This document shows, in pieces, positions 28,156 through 38,710 of a stretch of 64,000 nt of DNA. The DNA is taken from NCBI GenBank assembly GCA_963664405.1, contig OY761158.1, positions 2,144,001 through 2,208,000 on the forward strand, in the 5' to 3' direction. How positions within the stretch are numbered: the first letter of the stretch is position 1; the number at the start of each line of letters is the position of its first letter. The position numbers were made by a program, and so were the translations under genes. The DNA is from Thermoanaerobaculia bacterium (GTDB lineage: Bacteria > Acidobacteriota > Thermoanaerobaculia > Multivoradales > Multivoraceae). The notes below the pieces were generated by a model, which saw only the letters and a program-made list of their open reading frames with translations, did no database searches and was not told the origin of the DNA.

Positions 28156-30336
28156 ATGAGACGGCACACACGGGTCCTGGTGGCCGCGACGCTGACGGTC
28201 ACGTGGCTCTCGGCGGCGGCGGTCGAGGCGCAGCAGGGCGCGGTCGGCGGCGAGTGGCGCCACTACGCCGGCGACATGTGGGGCACGAAGTACTCGCCGC
28301 TCGATCAGATCACCGCGGAGAACTTCGGCGAGCTCGAGGTGGCCTGGCGCTGGCGCACCGCCGACTCCCATCTCCCGTTCGAGGATGAGCACGGGATCTC
28401 GCTCATCCCCTCCGAGACGCTCTTCGACCGGCTCGAGGCGGCCGAGCCAGACCGCTGGGTGACGCGGCCGAATATTGCATTGCAATCAATCTTCTTCGAG
28501 GCGGTCCCGCTCATGGTCGACGGCGTGCTGTATCTGAGCACCCCGCTCTATCAGGCGGCAGCGATCGATGCCCGGACGGGTGAGACGCGCTGGGTCTACA
28601 ACCCGCGAGTCTACGAGGCCGGCAGCCCGCCGGTCCCTTCGCCCTGGAAACACCGCGGGGTGGCCTACTGGGATAACGGGGGCGAGGCGCGGATCTTCTG
28701 GGGCACGGGCGACGGCTATCTGACCGCCGTCGACGCGAAGACCGGCCTGCTCGCCACCGGGTTCGGCGACAACGGGCGCGTCAGTCTGGAAGAGGGCCTC
28801 CCGCGGGCTCGCGAGATCCCCGCAGCCGCCCGCCCCATCGCGGGCCGCCCGGCTCGCGAGAACCCCAGCGGGCTGCCTTACCCGTCCCGGTCAGCTCCGC
28901 TGATCGTGGGTGACACGATCATCATCGGCTCACCCTCGACAATCCACGACCAGGTCGTCACGAAGGAGAGCACGCCGGGGTTCGCGCGCGCCTACGACGC
29001 GCGCACCGGGCGGCACAAGTGGGACTTCCACAACGTGCCACAGAGCGCCGATGAGTTCGGGGCCGACACCTGGCAGAACGAGTCGTGGCGCTACTCGGGC
29101 AATACGAATATCTGGGGGCACATCACGGTGGACCCCGAGCTCGGCTACGTCTATCTGCCGACGAGCACCCCGACCTCCGACAACTGGGGCGGCGAGCGGC
29201 CTGGCGACAACCTCTTTGCGGGGAGTCTGGTTTGCGTGGATCTGGAGACGGGCGAGCGTGTCTGGCACTTCCAGATGGTGCACCACGTCGTCTGGAACTA
29301 CGACACCCCGACGGGGCCGAACCTGCTCGACATCACCGTTGACGGCCGCCGGGTGAAGGCGGTCGCCCAGGTGACCAAGCAGGGGTTCGTCTACACCTTC
29401 GACCGCGTGACTGGCGAACCAGTCTGGCCGATTGAAGAGCGGCCGGTGGCGACGGACACCGACCTGGAGGGAGAGGTCCTGTCACCGACCCAGCCGTTCC
29501 CGACCAAGCCGGCGCCCTTCGAGTATCAGGGCACCTCGATCGACGACCTAGTCGATTTCACCCCCGAGATCCGCCAGATGGCGGTCGAGGCGGTGGAGGG
29601 GTTCCGGCTCGGCCCGCTGTACACCCCGCACTCGCTGCGCGGCACGATCTTCCGTCCGGGCTCCGTGGGCGCTGCCAGCTGGGGCGGCGCGGCGGTAGAC
29701 CCGGAGACGGGCATTCTCTACGTGCCGTCGCGAAACGTGCACTCCGTCGTGCGGTTTCGCGAGCCCGAGCCAGACGAGGGGTCGAACTTGCGATACCTCG
29801 TCAGCGGGGGCGCCGGGCCGTTCCTGGAGGGGGGGAACCCCCGGCGCCAGCCGCCGATGCCACCGGGGCTGCCGCTCTGGAAGCCGCCCTATTCGCGGAT
29901 GACGGCCATCGACATGAACACCGGCGAGCACCTCTGGATGACGCCGACCGGCAACGGCGACCCAATTCGCGACCACCCCCTGCTGCGCCATCTCGATCTG
30001 CCGCCATTGGGAGGTGAGGTCAACAATTTCGGGCCACTCTTGACGAAGACGCTGCTCATTTACGCGTTGGCTTCCGGTGGCACCGACGATGGTCTCCAAC
30101 TGGTGGCCTACGACAAGGGGTCGGGAGAAGTCCTTGCCGCGGTCGACCTGCCTGGAGGCGCAATCGGGACGCCGAGGACCTACACGCTGAACGTTGCAGC
30201 GGCTCGTGACGAAGTCATACGCGTGGGGGGCGCAGTCGGGACGCCGATGACCTACATGCTGGACGGCCGGCAATACTTAGCACTCACCGTCGGCGGAGAG
30301 ACGCCGGCATTGATCGCGCTCAGGCTGCCCTACTAG
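28156..30336 (+). CDS. PQQ-dependent dehydrogenase-like protein (GDH-type), paralog 1
   Basis: KYSPLDQI, PLMVDGVLY, HRGVAYW, VTKQGFVYTFDR, KPPYSR, TPMTYMLDGRQY. Confidence 0.88.
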   Translation: MRRHTRVLVAATLTVTWLSAAAVEAQQGAVGGEWRHYAGDMWGTKYSPLDQITAENFGELEVAWRWRTADSHLPFEDEHGISLIPSETLFDRLEAAEPDRWVTRPNIALQSIFFEAVPLMVDGVLYLSTPLYQAAAIDARTGETRWVYNPRVYEAGSPPVPSPWKHRGVAYWDNGGEARIFWGTGDGYLTAVDAKTGLLATGFGDNGRVSLEEGLPRAREIPAAARPIAGRPARENPSGLPYPSRSAPLIVGDTIIIGSPSTIHDQVVTKESTPGFARAYDARTGRHKWDFHNVPQSADEFGADTWQNESWRYSGNTNIWGHITVDPELGYVYLPTSTPTSDNWGGERPGDNLFAGSLVCVDLETGERVWHFQMVHHVVWNYDTPTGPNLLDITVDGRRVKAVAQVTKQGFVYTFDRVTGEPVWPIEERPVATDTDLEGEVLSPTQPFPTKPAPFEYQGTSIDDLVDFTPEIRQMAVEAVEGFRLGPLYTPHSLRGTIFRPGSVGAASWGGAAVDPETGILYVPSRNVHSVVRFREPEPDEGSNLRYLVSGGAGPFLEGGNPRRQPPMPPGLPLWKPPYSRMTAIDMNTGEHLWMTPTGNGDPIRDHPLLRHLDLPPLGGEVNNFGPLLTKTLLIYALASGGTDDGLQLVAYDKGSGEVLAAVDLPGGAIGTPRTYTLNVAAARDEVIRVGGAVGTPMTYMLDGRQYLALTVGGETPALIALRLPY

Positions 30337-30359
30337 TCACCCAGAGAAAGGTGGGAAAC

Positions 30360-31502
30360 ATGCGTAAACTCCGATCGATCCTGGCGAGCCGAGGCTGGCT
30401 GGCGCTCCTGTCCCTACCGCTGGTGGCTCTCGTGGCCTGTGGCGGTGGCGCTCCGGCGGTGGAGGAGGAGATGGGCGCGATGGATGACGGGAAGATGAGC
30501 GACTGGGTGGATCGGCCGCCGCTGCCGAATCCGACCGGCGAGGTGATCTTGAACTGGGCGCCGCTCCCCGACGGGCGGGTCTGGGGTTCGACCGCGGGCA
30601 TCGATATCGGTCCCGACGGGCACGTCTGGGCCTATGACCGGTGCGGTGGCGGTCTGGACGGTGGGTGCGAGTCCAACCCGGAGCTCGATCCGATCTTCAA
30701 GTTCGACAGGAACACGGGTGAGATCCTGACCAGCTTCGGGGCGGGACTGTTCGTGACACCACACGGTTTCCACGTCGACAGTGACGGCAACGTCTGGGCG
30801 ACCGACTTCGCAGGGAACGAGGCCGGGACCAAGGGGCATCAGGTGATCAAGTTCAGCCCGGAGGGCGAGGTCCTGCTGCGACTCGGCGAGGCGGGGGTGC
30901 CTGGAAGCGGCCCTGGCCAGCTCAACCAGCCGTGCGATGTCATTACGGCGCGCAACGGCGACATCTTCGTGTCTGACGGACACAGCGGCCAGGCGCCTGA
31001 TCCGCCTCCGGGCGCGACCGGACGGATCCTCAAGTTCGACAGCGAGGGCGGCTTCATCAAGGAGTGGGGTGAAATCGGCTTCCGGCCCGGGCAGTTTCGC
31101 ACGCCGCACGCACTGGAGCTCGACTCGCAGGGCCGTCTCTATGTCGCGGACCGTGGCAATGACCGGATCCAAATCTTCGACCAAGACGGCAACCTCCTCG
31201 ACACCTACATGCAGTACAGCCGGATCAGTGGCCTGTTCATCACCGCCGACGACACGCTCTATGCGATCGCTTCGGACTCGGGCCCAAGCAGCCACCCCGG
31301 CTGGAAGAACGGTCTGCGGATCGGACCAGCCGGGGAGGACCGGCTGACCGGCTTCGTGCCGCCGCACTCTCACGACGTTCACGTGCAAGGGGTCGCCGGT
31401 GAGGGTGTCGCCGTGGATGAGGACGGCAACATCTATGCGGCGGAAGGGCCGGACTCCCGTCCCACCGCCGGCGGCGGTATCACGAAATACGTCGCGAACT
31501 AG
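30360..31502 (+). CDS. NHL-repeat (PAL-like) lipoprotein
   Basis: LVAC lipobox; PHGFHVD, FRTPHAL, VADRGNDRIQIFD. Confidence 0.85.
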   Translation: MRKLRSILASRGWLALLSLPLVALVACGGGAPAVEEEMGAMDDGKMSDWVDRPPLPNPTGEVILNWAPLPDGRVWGSTAGIDIGPDGHVWAYDRCGGGLDGGCESNPELDPIFKFDRNTGEILTSFGAGLFVTPHGFHVDSDGNVWATDFAGNEAGTKGHQVIKFSPEGEVLLRLGEAGVPGSGPGQLNQPCDVITARNGDIFVSDGHSGQAPDPPPGATGRILKFDSEGGFIKEWGEIGFRPGQFRTPHALELDSQGRLYVADRGNDRIQIFDQDGNLLDTYMQYSRISGLFITADDTLYAIASDSGPSSHPGWKNGLRIGPAGEDRLTGFVPPHSHDVHVQGVAGEGVAVDEDGNIYAAEGPDSRPTAGGGITKYVAN

Positions 31503-31507
31503 ACCCG

Positions 31508-32461
31508 TCACTTCGCATCAACGTCAACGCCGGTCATGAGCCTGAGGTTACGACCATTGCCCTCGTGACACGCGTACTCCAACAGTTCGTGATCCTCGGG
31601 AGCCCGCATGAACGCGTCGAGCGCGATCGTCCAGGGTCTTGTAAACACTTTCGGATCGTCGATTGTGGCCTCGTAGTGGATCGTATCGGCGTCGGTCAGC
31701 GTGAAGCGTTCCACCACGTGCAAGGCGTCGCTATGGAAGACGCCGTGACCCGTCGAGAGGGCGCTTGCAGGCGCGCCCTCCGGGGCTACCCCACGCGCAA
31801 TCACCCAGGTGTTCTCGGTGAAGTTCGTGACGTCGACGACCAGCGTATCGCCTTCCCAGTGGCCACGCGAATCACCCAACCCCAGGCGTATCTCCGAGCT
31901 GACATGCGGACGCCCATCCAGGGGAATGTAACGGTACTCGTGGTTCGCCTCGTAGAGGATCACCACGTACCCAGGCACCTGCAGAATCTGATACGTGTTG
32001 AACCCCCACGGCAGATTCGCGCGCGGTAGCCCGGCCGACAGACACTTCACTCGCGGATCGAGGTGCGCGAGCTTGTCTTGGTTGGCCATGATCTCTTCCC
32101 GTTTCGCCGCCGCCCACGGTTGCAACGGAATCTTCCCGTCCGGGGGATCCACGACCAGCGGCGTTTCAATGGCAGCGGGCAGCGATGGAGCATCCGGGTC
32201 TGGTTCGAAAAGGCTCGCAGGGGGGGCATCGATAGTGGCACCTTCCGGACGCCACAGTTCGTCCACCGGCGTTTCCACCGGCTGGTGCGCGCCGCGGTCC
32301 CAGGGACCTCGCAAGTCCGGGTCGCCCCACGGTGTGCGTGGAGACGTATAGGCCTCGCCTTGGGCAGCTTCGCCGGAGGCTTCAGCGACGACAAGCGGCA
32401 CTAGCGCCGCGAACGCCACGGCGGTGAGGAGACCGAGCGGAGCGAAGGACCGACGTATCAC
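31508..32461 (-). CDS. Secreted hypothetical protein (WEGDTLVV family)
   Basis: Signal peptide; RTPWGDPDLRG, GDSRGHWEGDTLVV, EYACHEGN. Confidence 0.8.
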   Translation of the reverse strand: MIRRSFAPLGLLTAVAFAALVPLVVAEASGEAAQGEAYTSPRTPWGDPDLRGPWDRGAHQPVETPVDELWRPEGATIDAPPASLFEPDPDAPSLPAAIETPLVVDPPDGKIPLQPWAAAKREEIMANQDKLAHLDPRVKCLSAGLPRANLPWGFNTYQILQVPGYVVILYEANHEYRYIPLDGRPHVSSEIRLGLGDSRGHWEGDTLVVDVTNFTENTWVIARGVAPEGAPASALSTGHGVFHSDALHVVERFTLTDADTIHYEATIDDPKVFTRPWTIALDAFMRAPEDHELLEYACHEGNGRNLRLMTGVDVDAK

Positions 32462-32856
32462 CTACTGACCCTCCAGCGATTGCAGGATGAAATCGACGCA
32501 GTCGTACTCCAGGAGCTGAAGTCCCTGTTCCACGCGCCGATACAGCGGCATCCTCATCTTCCAGGGGCGCGTGAACACTTTCGGGTCCTCGATGGTGACC
32601 TCGTACTCGATGTGGTACGGGCTGGTGGGCGTGAAGCGTTCAACCACATGCAAGGCATCGCTATGGAAATTCCCCGCCGCGTCGAACCACGTCCGGTCGA
32701 TGAAATGGGTGGTGTCGACGACCAAGGTGTCTCCCTCCCAATGGCCGCGGGAGTCGCCCATCCAGAAATCATTCGGCAGCGGATGTGGGCTGCCATCCGT
32801 GTAGATGATCCGAACCGCGTGGGCGAACTCGAAGGTCATCACCACGTGGTCCGGCG
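32462..32856 (-). pseudogene. 5'-truncated copy of the 49962-50711 gene
   Basis: Near-identity to 49962-50356 ends at GTCCGGCG. Confidence 0.85.
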
Positions 32857-34296
32857 CACGCCCGCCAAGCCCGAAGCTCCCCAAGTGGACAACAACTCCG
32901 TTGGTGGCGCCGGTCCAACCGAAGAAGCCGTAGAGCGTTCCTGGGCTTGAGCGGCGTCCTCCCAGGTCGTAGCACCCCCCGGCGGCACCGACCCGCGCCC
33001 CTCCGGCGTCGCATCCAGGACCCCGAGCTTGCTGAAGAATTTCGACTCCTTGTACGACGCGCCCGCATTGTGGCTGTCGCTCGAGCCGATCACTCCGAAC
33101 CGGTAGGGGTTGAAGCCCTTGTCTTCCTCGAACGCGAGGCCGGCAAGGTAGGCGTCGCGCACAAAGCTGCCACGCACGTTTTCTAGGTTCGACCTGGCTG
33201 GGGGGAGGTACTCGAGCTCGAAGTCGGCCCACTCGTCGTTCGGAGAGAGCAGGGGGTGTGTCTCCGAAGTGCCCTTTACTTGGGTCATCTCGACGAGCGG
33301 TTCATTGCGCATCCGCAGCCGAGCGTACGCCGCGTCGAAGGGCTCGCCCGACTCCTGCTGGCGCGCGAATCTACGGCCGGCGCTCTGGTTCGAGTTGTGC
33401 GGGATCGCCAGGGCTTCGATGCCCTGTTCACGCAAGCCCTCGAGCCAATCCCAGAGATCCTCAGGGTTCAGCGAGTCGAGTCGAGTGAAGGGCAACTCGG
33501 GCGCTTTCGAGCCACGGAAAATGACGTTGCGGTGTTGATTGCCTCCCTCGGGGTGCGACGACGTGTATTCATAGGCGACGAACGTCGTGAGCTTGCCAGG
33601 CTTGTAGTTACGCTCCGCCGAAGCGATGATCTCCCGCCATGCCGAACGTGAGGCCTCGGTGTCGGGATGGTCGCCGAGAAACGAAGTGGCAGTTTGGAAG
33701 GCCCCGAACATCTCGTTGGCGGTTTTCGCGTCGAGAAAGCGACGGGCTTCGGGATCGTCGTGGAGCGGATGGCCAGGATCGGTCATCGCCGACCACGCGC
33801 CCAGATACATACCGTGGTCGGTGACGGCGTAGAAATCGAGCGCGCGATCGAGCTGGATATCGTGGCCGGCGGGATGTTTGATTGCTTCCCCGCGGGCATA
33901 GCTGTAGGCGACGTCTGGTGACGCGCCGCGTGCCGAAGGCGAACGCGTCTGTTACCGGCTGCCTCGAAACGCACTTTCCTGGCTGCCAAAAGCGCTCGCC
34001 TTTCACGACCCTGCGGAGCCCGCCTGCCGGCGGGGATGATGTCGAAGTGATGTCCTAGCAGCCGCTTAGCCGCCTCCGGATCCAGGTCGACGTGGCGCTT
34101 CTTGGGTTGCTCTCGGCCAGCCAGAAAAGTGCGCATTTTGCCAGCCGTTTACAGCGTCGAACGAGAATTGCGTATGGATGTGCAGATCGCCGAAGTAGGC
34201 GTTGCGCTCCGCACCCGCGGCGGCGTAGTTGACACACAAGGCGCAAAGGGTCACTGCCGCAATGCGATGGACTTGTCTCGTCAACGTTTCCTCCAT
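32857..34296 (-). pseudogene. DUF3604 pseudogene
   Basis: YFGDLHIHT, FYAVTDH, AYEYTS, NQHRNV, IPHNSN, SSDSHN. Interrupted by a 204-bp element, frameshifted near 33928, and 3'-truncated after GLAGV. Confidence 0.85.
33950..34153. mobile_element. Miniature IS21-type element
   Basis: TGT...ACA ends, imperfect ~38-bp terminal inverted repeats, 5-bp target duplication GCGTC (33945-33949 and 34154-34158). Confidence 0.8.
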
Positions 34297-34598
34297 AGTG
34301 GCGGCGACCACGTGCCGCGAGCTTCCAGGGTAGCGAAAAACATCAGGCAGAATAAACCACCGGCCCTGCAGCTCGCTCGGGAAAGCGCGGGCCTGTCGCC
34401 GATGGTGGCGCTCTGCGACACGGATAGCCCGCATCGAATGAGTCCGGGGAAGGCTCTCTAGGGCCGGGCTCTCGGCAATGAGCTGGGCGCTGTTCTGATG
34501 AACTGCGCTAGGGCCTACAGCGCGGCGACGAGTTGTCGGTGGTCCCGGCGGCAACCTAGATTTCGACGTTGACCTGCGGTCCAGAACGTGTTAAATCC

Positions 34599-34634
34599 AA
34601 CGGGCGGCTAGTTTTCCCAGCCGCCCGTTTCTTT
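34599..34634 (+). terminator. Intrinsic terminator-like hairpin
   Basis: AACGGGCGGCT/AGCCGCCCGTT stem followed by TCTTT. Confidence 0.5.
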
Positions 34635-34715
34635 GCGCCGCCTATGCCGTCGGTCCACGACCCCGGAAACTCTGTCAGCTTCAGACAATAGAAATCAAGA
34701 AAGGAGTTGTTGGCC

Positions 34716-35822
34716 ATGCCACCCATCTCTGGACCTGCCGACGGACCGGTGGCCGTCACAGGCGCGTCGGGCTACATCGGATCCCACGTCGTCAAGAACC
34801 TCATCACGGCCGGGTACACGGTGCGAGGTTGCGTGCGCGACGTCAGCCGTGATGAAAAAGTGTCGTTACTTCGGGCGCTGAACAACCATGGGAGTGGAAG
34901 CGTCGAGGTCTTTGCGTGCGATCTCTTCAAAGCCGATGAAGGCGCATACGACGAGGTTTTTTCGGGGTGCTCGGCTGTATTCCACGTCGCGGCGGATATC
35001 GGAAGTGATCCGGCGTACGGCAAACCGGATCCCCAGCGCGTGTACGACGGGTGCATGACGATGACCAAAGGCGTGTTGGACTCATGCCTGAAGGCTGGCA
35101 CTGTAAAGCGCGTCGTTTACACATCATCCTTTGCTGCCGTCAGTGGTGGACAAGGTGGGATCGAGGGCCACGAGTACAAAGACGACGACTGGGCCGGGCC
35201 CGGACCTTATGAGACGATCGAAGCCAGGTGGACCGTAGCAGATCCGGCGACGGGCAAGCCAGAAGAGCGGTGGAGCATCGAACGGACGGCGTATGCGAAG
35301 GGCAAGGTAGATGCCGAACATTACGGTTTCGGTTTCGGCGAGCAGTATGGAATCGACGTAGTCTCGTGCAATCCGTGCCATGTATTGGGCCCCATCCTGG
35401 GCAAATCACAAAACGCCAATTGGCAACATCGCATCGGACAGATGTTGATGGGTCAGAGCGGCCACGAAGGACGCCGCAACACGCTTTGGAATATCGTCGA
35501 TGTGCGCGACATTGCGGAGTCGCAGCGGCTGATGGCAACCAGTAGCGTGGCGAAAAACGGTTCTCGGTACATGCTGGTGGCGACCGACGAGTCGGGTCAG
35601 CTCACGGTGCAAGAACTCATCGACACATTGCGTGAACTTTTTCCCGAACTAGACGTGGCGGGTGACTATATACCGCCGCAGACACACAATGGGCCGCGAG
35701 CTGTATGCACAAAAGCGATCCAGGAACTCGGGCTGAAAACACACAGCGTGCGACAAACCCTCAAGGACACCGGAGACTCGTTGATTGAGTTCGGTGCGAT
35801 CCAGCCAGCCCGAAAGCGGTAA
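34716..35822 (+). CDS. NAD-dependent epimerase/dehydratase (dihydroflavonol reductase-like extended SDR)
   Basis: TGASGYIG, VFHVAA, YTSS, YAKGK, VDVRDIA; AAGGAG RBS. Confidence 0.88.
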   Translation: MPPISGPADGPVAVTGASGYIGSHVVKNLITAGYTVRGCVRDVSRDEKVSLLRALNNHGSGSVEVFACDLFKADEGAYDEVFSGCSAVFHVAADIGSDPAYGKPDPQRVYDGCMTMTKGVLDSCLKAGTVKRVVYTSSFAAVSGGQGGIEGHEYKDDDWAGPGPYETIEARWTVADPATGKPEERWSIERTAYAKGKVDAEHYGFGFGEQYGIDVVSCNPCHVLGPILGKSQNANWQHRIGQMLMGQSGHEGRRNTLWNIVDVRDIAESQRLMATSSVAKNGSRYMLVATDESGQLTVQELIDTLRELFPELDVAGDYIPPQTHNGPRAVCTKAIQELGLKTHSVRQTLKDTGDSLIEFGAIQPARKR

Positions 35823-36019
35823 GCGCCGGCATTGCTGCCGGCTGCCGCGTCCGCACCCGGTAGTAAGCCTAGGCCGAGACCATCAGGGGATAGTGTTTTC
35901 TATTCGGCACCACTGATCGTATCGCGCTGCTCGAGCGTGCAGGAAGCACTGTTGCGGCCGTGGTGCATGGTCGGTGCGACGGAGACAGCTATCTCGACTC
36001 GATCCATCCGGCGCGCCAC

Positions 36020-38340
36020 CTCCGCCAGCCTCGAGACGGAGGTGGCGGAGAACTTGAGCTTCGGTGGGCGCCAATATCAATCTTCCTTCAACGCACTGCC
36101 TGGCGTCACGCACTCCGCCAGGTCGCGGAGGCAGAGCGACCAGAAGATGGCGGTCAACGGCGGCCAGGACACCGAGGTGGCAGGCATGATCGACGGCATC
36201 GACTCGAGCTTCTCCCGCTTGAACGGCAGCGCGCGCACGTTCCTGCCCACCACCTCCCTTCAGGAGGTGCAGCTGGAAAGCGCCGGTTTCTCGACCGAGT
36301 ACGGGCGGGTGGTCGGTGGGGTCACCAACGCGGTGGTCAAGAGCGGCACCAACACTTTCCACGGCCAGTTTCTCTACATCCCCCAGAGCGAGAAGTGGCG
36401 GGCCGCCGACAAGAATATCGACATCCCCCGCTCGGACTCGATCATCTCGAGCTTCGAGGCCAACCTCGGCGGACCCATCGTCAGCGACAAGGCATGGTTC
36501 TTCGCCGCTTACGCCGAGCTGGACCAGAATCGCGTCGACATCCTCGGCGCGACCGGCACCACCTACGCCGCCGGCCGCACCAACGAGACGCCGCTCCTCA
36601 AGCTCACCTTCCAGCCCAACGACCGCAACCAGCTGAGGCTGCTGGGAATCGATAGCCCGACCAGGGTGCTCGCGATCCCCCCCACCTCCGGCGACGAGTT
36701 TTCCCCCTTCCCCATCGAGCTCCCCGTCGACCTGGTGACGGCGAGCTGGGCCTATGTCGTCAGCCCGTCGGCGTTCTTCGAGCTGCGCGTCGCCAGCCAG
36801 CAAAACGATGAGCTGCGAGGGCCGCTCTTGAACCACCCGATCGACCCCAACGCCAGCCCGGACGATCCCCTCGGAAACAACTTCCAGTATTTTGACTTTG
36901 GCCCGCGCCACTTCTTCAACGCCTTCGCAGCGGGCGCTGGATCGGGATTCAGAGAGATTCCGCGGCGACAAAGGTAACGCCTCGATGAGCCTGTTCCGTG
37001 GCAGTAACGAGATCAAGTTCGGCATCGACTACCAGGACATCGAAATGACGAGCTTCAATAAGATCGACCAGCGCTTCAATGGAAGAGGCTTCAACACCGT
37101 TCTGCCCGGCGGCTTCGCGGTGCCGAGCTTCAAGGACGTCTTCGACCCGGCGGACCCGTTCACGACCACCACCGACGTTGCCTCCGCTTACGCCCAGGAC
37201 CGCCTCGATGTCGGCGACCGTTGGAGCGTACATTTCGGCCTGCGTCTCGACAGCCAGACGGCCGACAACGACGCCGGTGAGGAAGCCGTCTCGTGGACCA
37301 AGGTCGCGCCCCGCTTCGGTGCGGTCTACGACCTCAAGGGCGACGGCCACCTGCTGCTCAAGGCCTCGGCTGGGCGCTACTACCAGATCATCCCCCAGGT
37401 CCTGATCGACAATGAGTTCGCCCGCCAGCCCACCGGCCTCAATATCTTCAACCGATTCGGGTGGAATCCCGTGAGCCAGCGCTACGACATCTTCCAGCGT
37501 CGTTCGATTACCGCTCTGGACACTGAGCTCCAGGAGATCGATCCCTACTTTAAGGACGAGGTCACGGTCGGTACGCAGTGGCAGTTCTCGGACGCCTGGG
37601 TGTTCGAGGCGCAGGCGATCTGGTGGGAGCTCTCCGATCTCCTCTGGGCCTCCGACCAGTTCGACGCGGCCGGCGCGGTCTATCGCGACGTGCGCAACTG
37701 GGACGCCGGCTTCCGTGACTACCTCGGGCTGCGTCTCGAGATCAACCGCGCCTTTCGCCGCGGCTGGACCCTGCGCACCAACTACACCCTGAGCAGGAAC
37801 GAGGGCAACAACTTCGGCCGCAATGACAACAGCTTTACCCTCGACGACGACCTCTTCGAGGGTCTGGGGGGGATCGAGGTCGGCACCGGCGCTACCGACG
37901 CCACCTCGGTCTTCCGCGATGGGCGCGGCTTTCTCGATCGCACCCACAACCTGAACGTCGTCGCGCTCAAGCAGTTCACAGTTGGGGAGCAGGTCTTCGC
38001 AATCGGGGGGTACCTGGCCTTCCGCAGCGGCGAGCCTTGGGGCCTGCGTCGAACGACCCAGGTCGTGCACCCGCAGTCGGGCCAGTCGATCCGCACCACC
38101 TCCTACCGTCAGCCACGCGACGCCATCGAGCTAGAGAACACCATCCGGCTGAGCTTGACCGGCTCCTGGAACTTCCCGATCAAGGGGCGCGTCGAGGGCC
38201 GCCTGGCGATCGAGGTTGTGAACCTCAACAACGAGCAGGAGCTGATCGGCATCAACCGGGCGAACAGCCGGCCGATACCGGGCATCGCGGCCTACCAGTT
38301 GCCGAGGGAGATCAGGGGGCAGATCGGCATCCAGTTCTAG
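36020..38340 (+). pseudogene. TonB-dependent receptor paralog, 5'-truncated and frameshifted
   Basis: Matches 55597-57910; lacks the signal peptide and N-terminal domain; extra A at 36970-36972 (CAAAGGT versus CAAGGT). Confidence 0.85.
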
Positions 38341-38351
38341 AAGGGCCCTGC

Positions 38352-38483
38352 TTACAACGACCGCGCCGGCTCGAGGAGCGACTCGGCAAGACCCTCGCAG
38401 AGCGTCACGAGCTCGGCCTCCGACGAGGCGAACGCGGTGACGATCACTTGATCGGCACCCGCTTCGCGATACGCCGCGATCTG
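38352..38483 (-). pseudogene. LLM-class oxidoreductase C-terminal scrap
   Basis: QIAAYREAGADQVIV...LLEPARSL*. Confidence 0.45.
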
Positions 38484-38672
38484 ATTTATGCCAGCCTCTC
38501 TCCCGACGGATCGAAGATCTCAAGTTACAGCATAGTCGGCGAAGTCTTCATTTTCGAAACCGGCATCGCACCTGATTTGTTCGGGCAAACCACAGCGACT
38601 CGCGACAACCGGACCATCTACTTCACACGCGACAAGACCGAAGCCGACATCTGGCTGCTGGAGGTCCGGTAG
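38484..38672 (+). pseudogene. TolB/PD40-like beta-propeller C-terminal scrap
   Basis: SLSPDGSKI...DNRTIYFTRDKTEADIWLL; no start codon. Confidence 0.5.
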
Positions 38673-38691
38673 ATTCCAGATTCCAGATTCC
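38671..38691. repeat. Heptamer tandem repeat
   Basis: (AGATTCC)x3. Confidence 0.8.
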
Positions 38692-38710
38692 AAAGCCCAG
38701 AACCCAGCGC

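Larger units (their letters stand above)
27105..32856 (+). repeat. Segmental duplication, copy A
   Basis: Colinear and near-identical to 42278-50356; both ends cut inside genes. Confidence 0.92.

Noticed and set aside
34458-34560. Repeated CTAGGGCC, possibly further CTAG units
   Set aside because: No shared core or hairpin with the other elements
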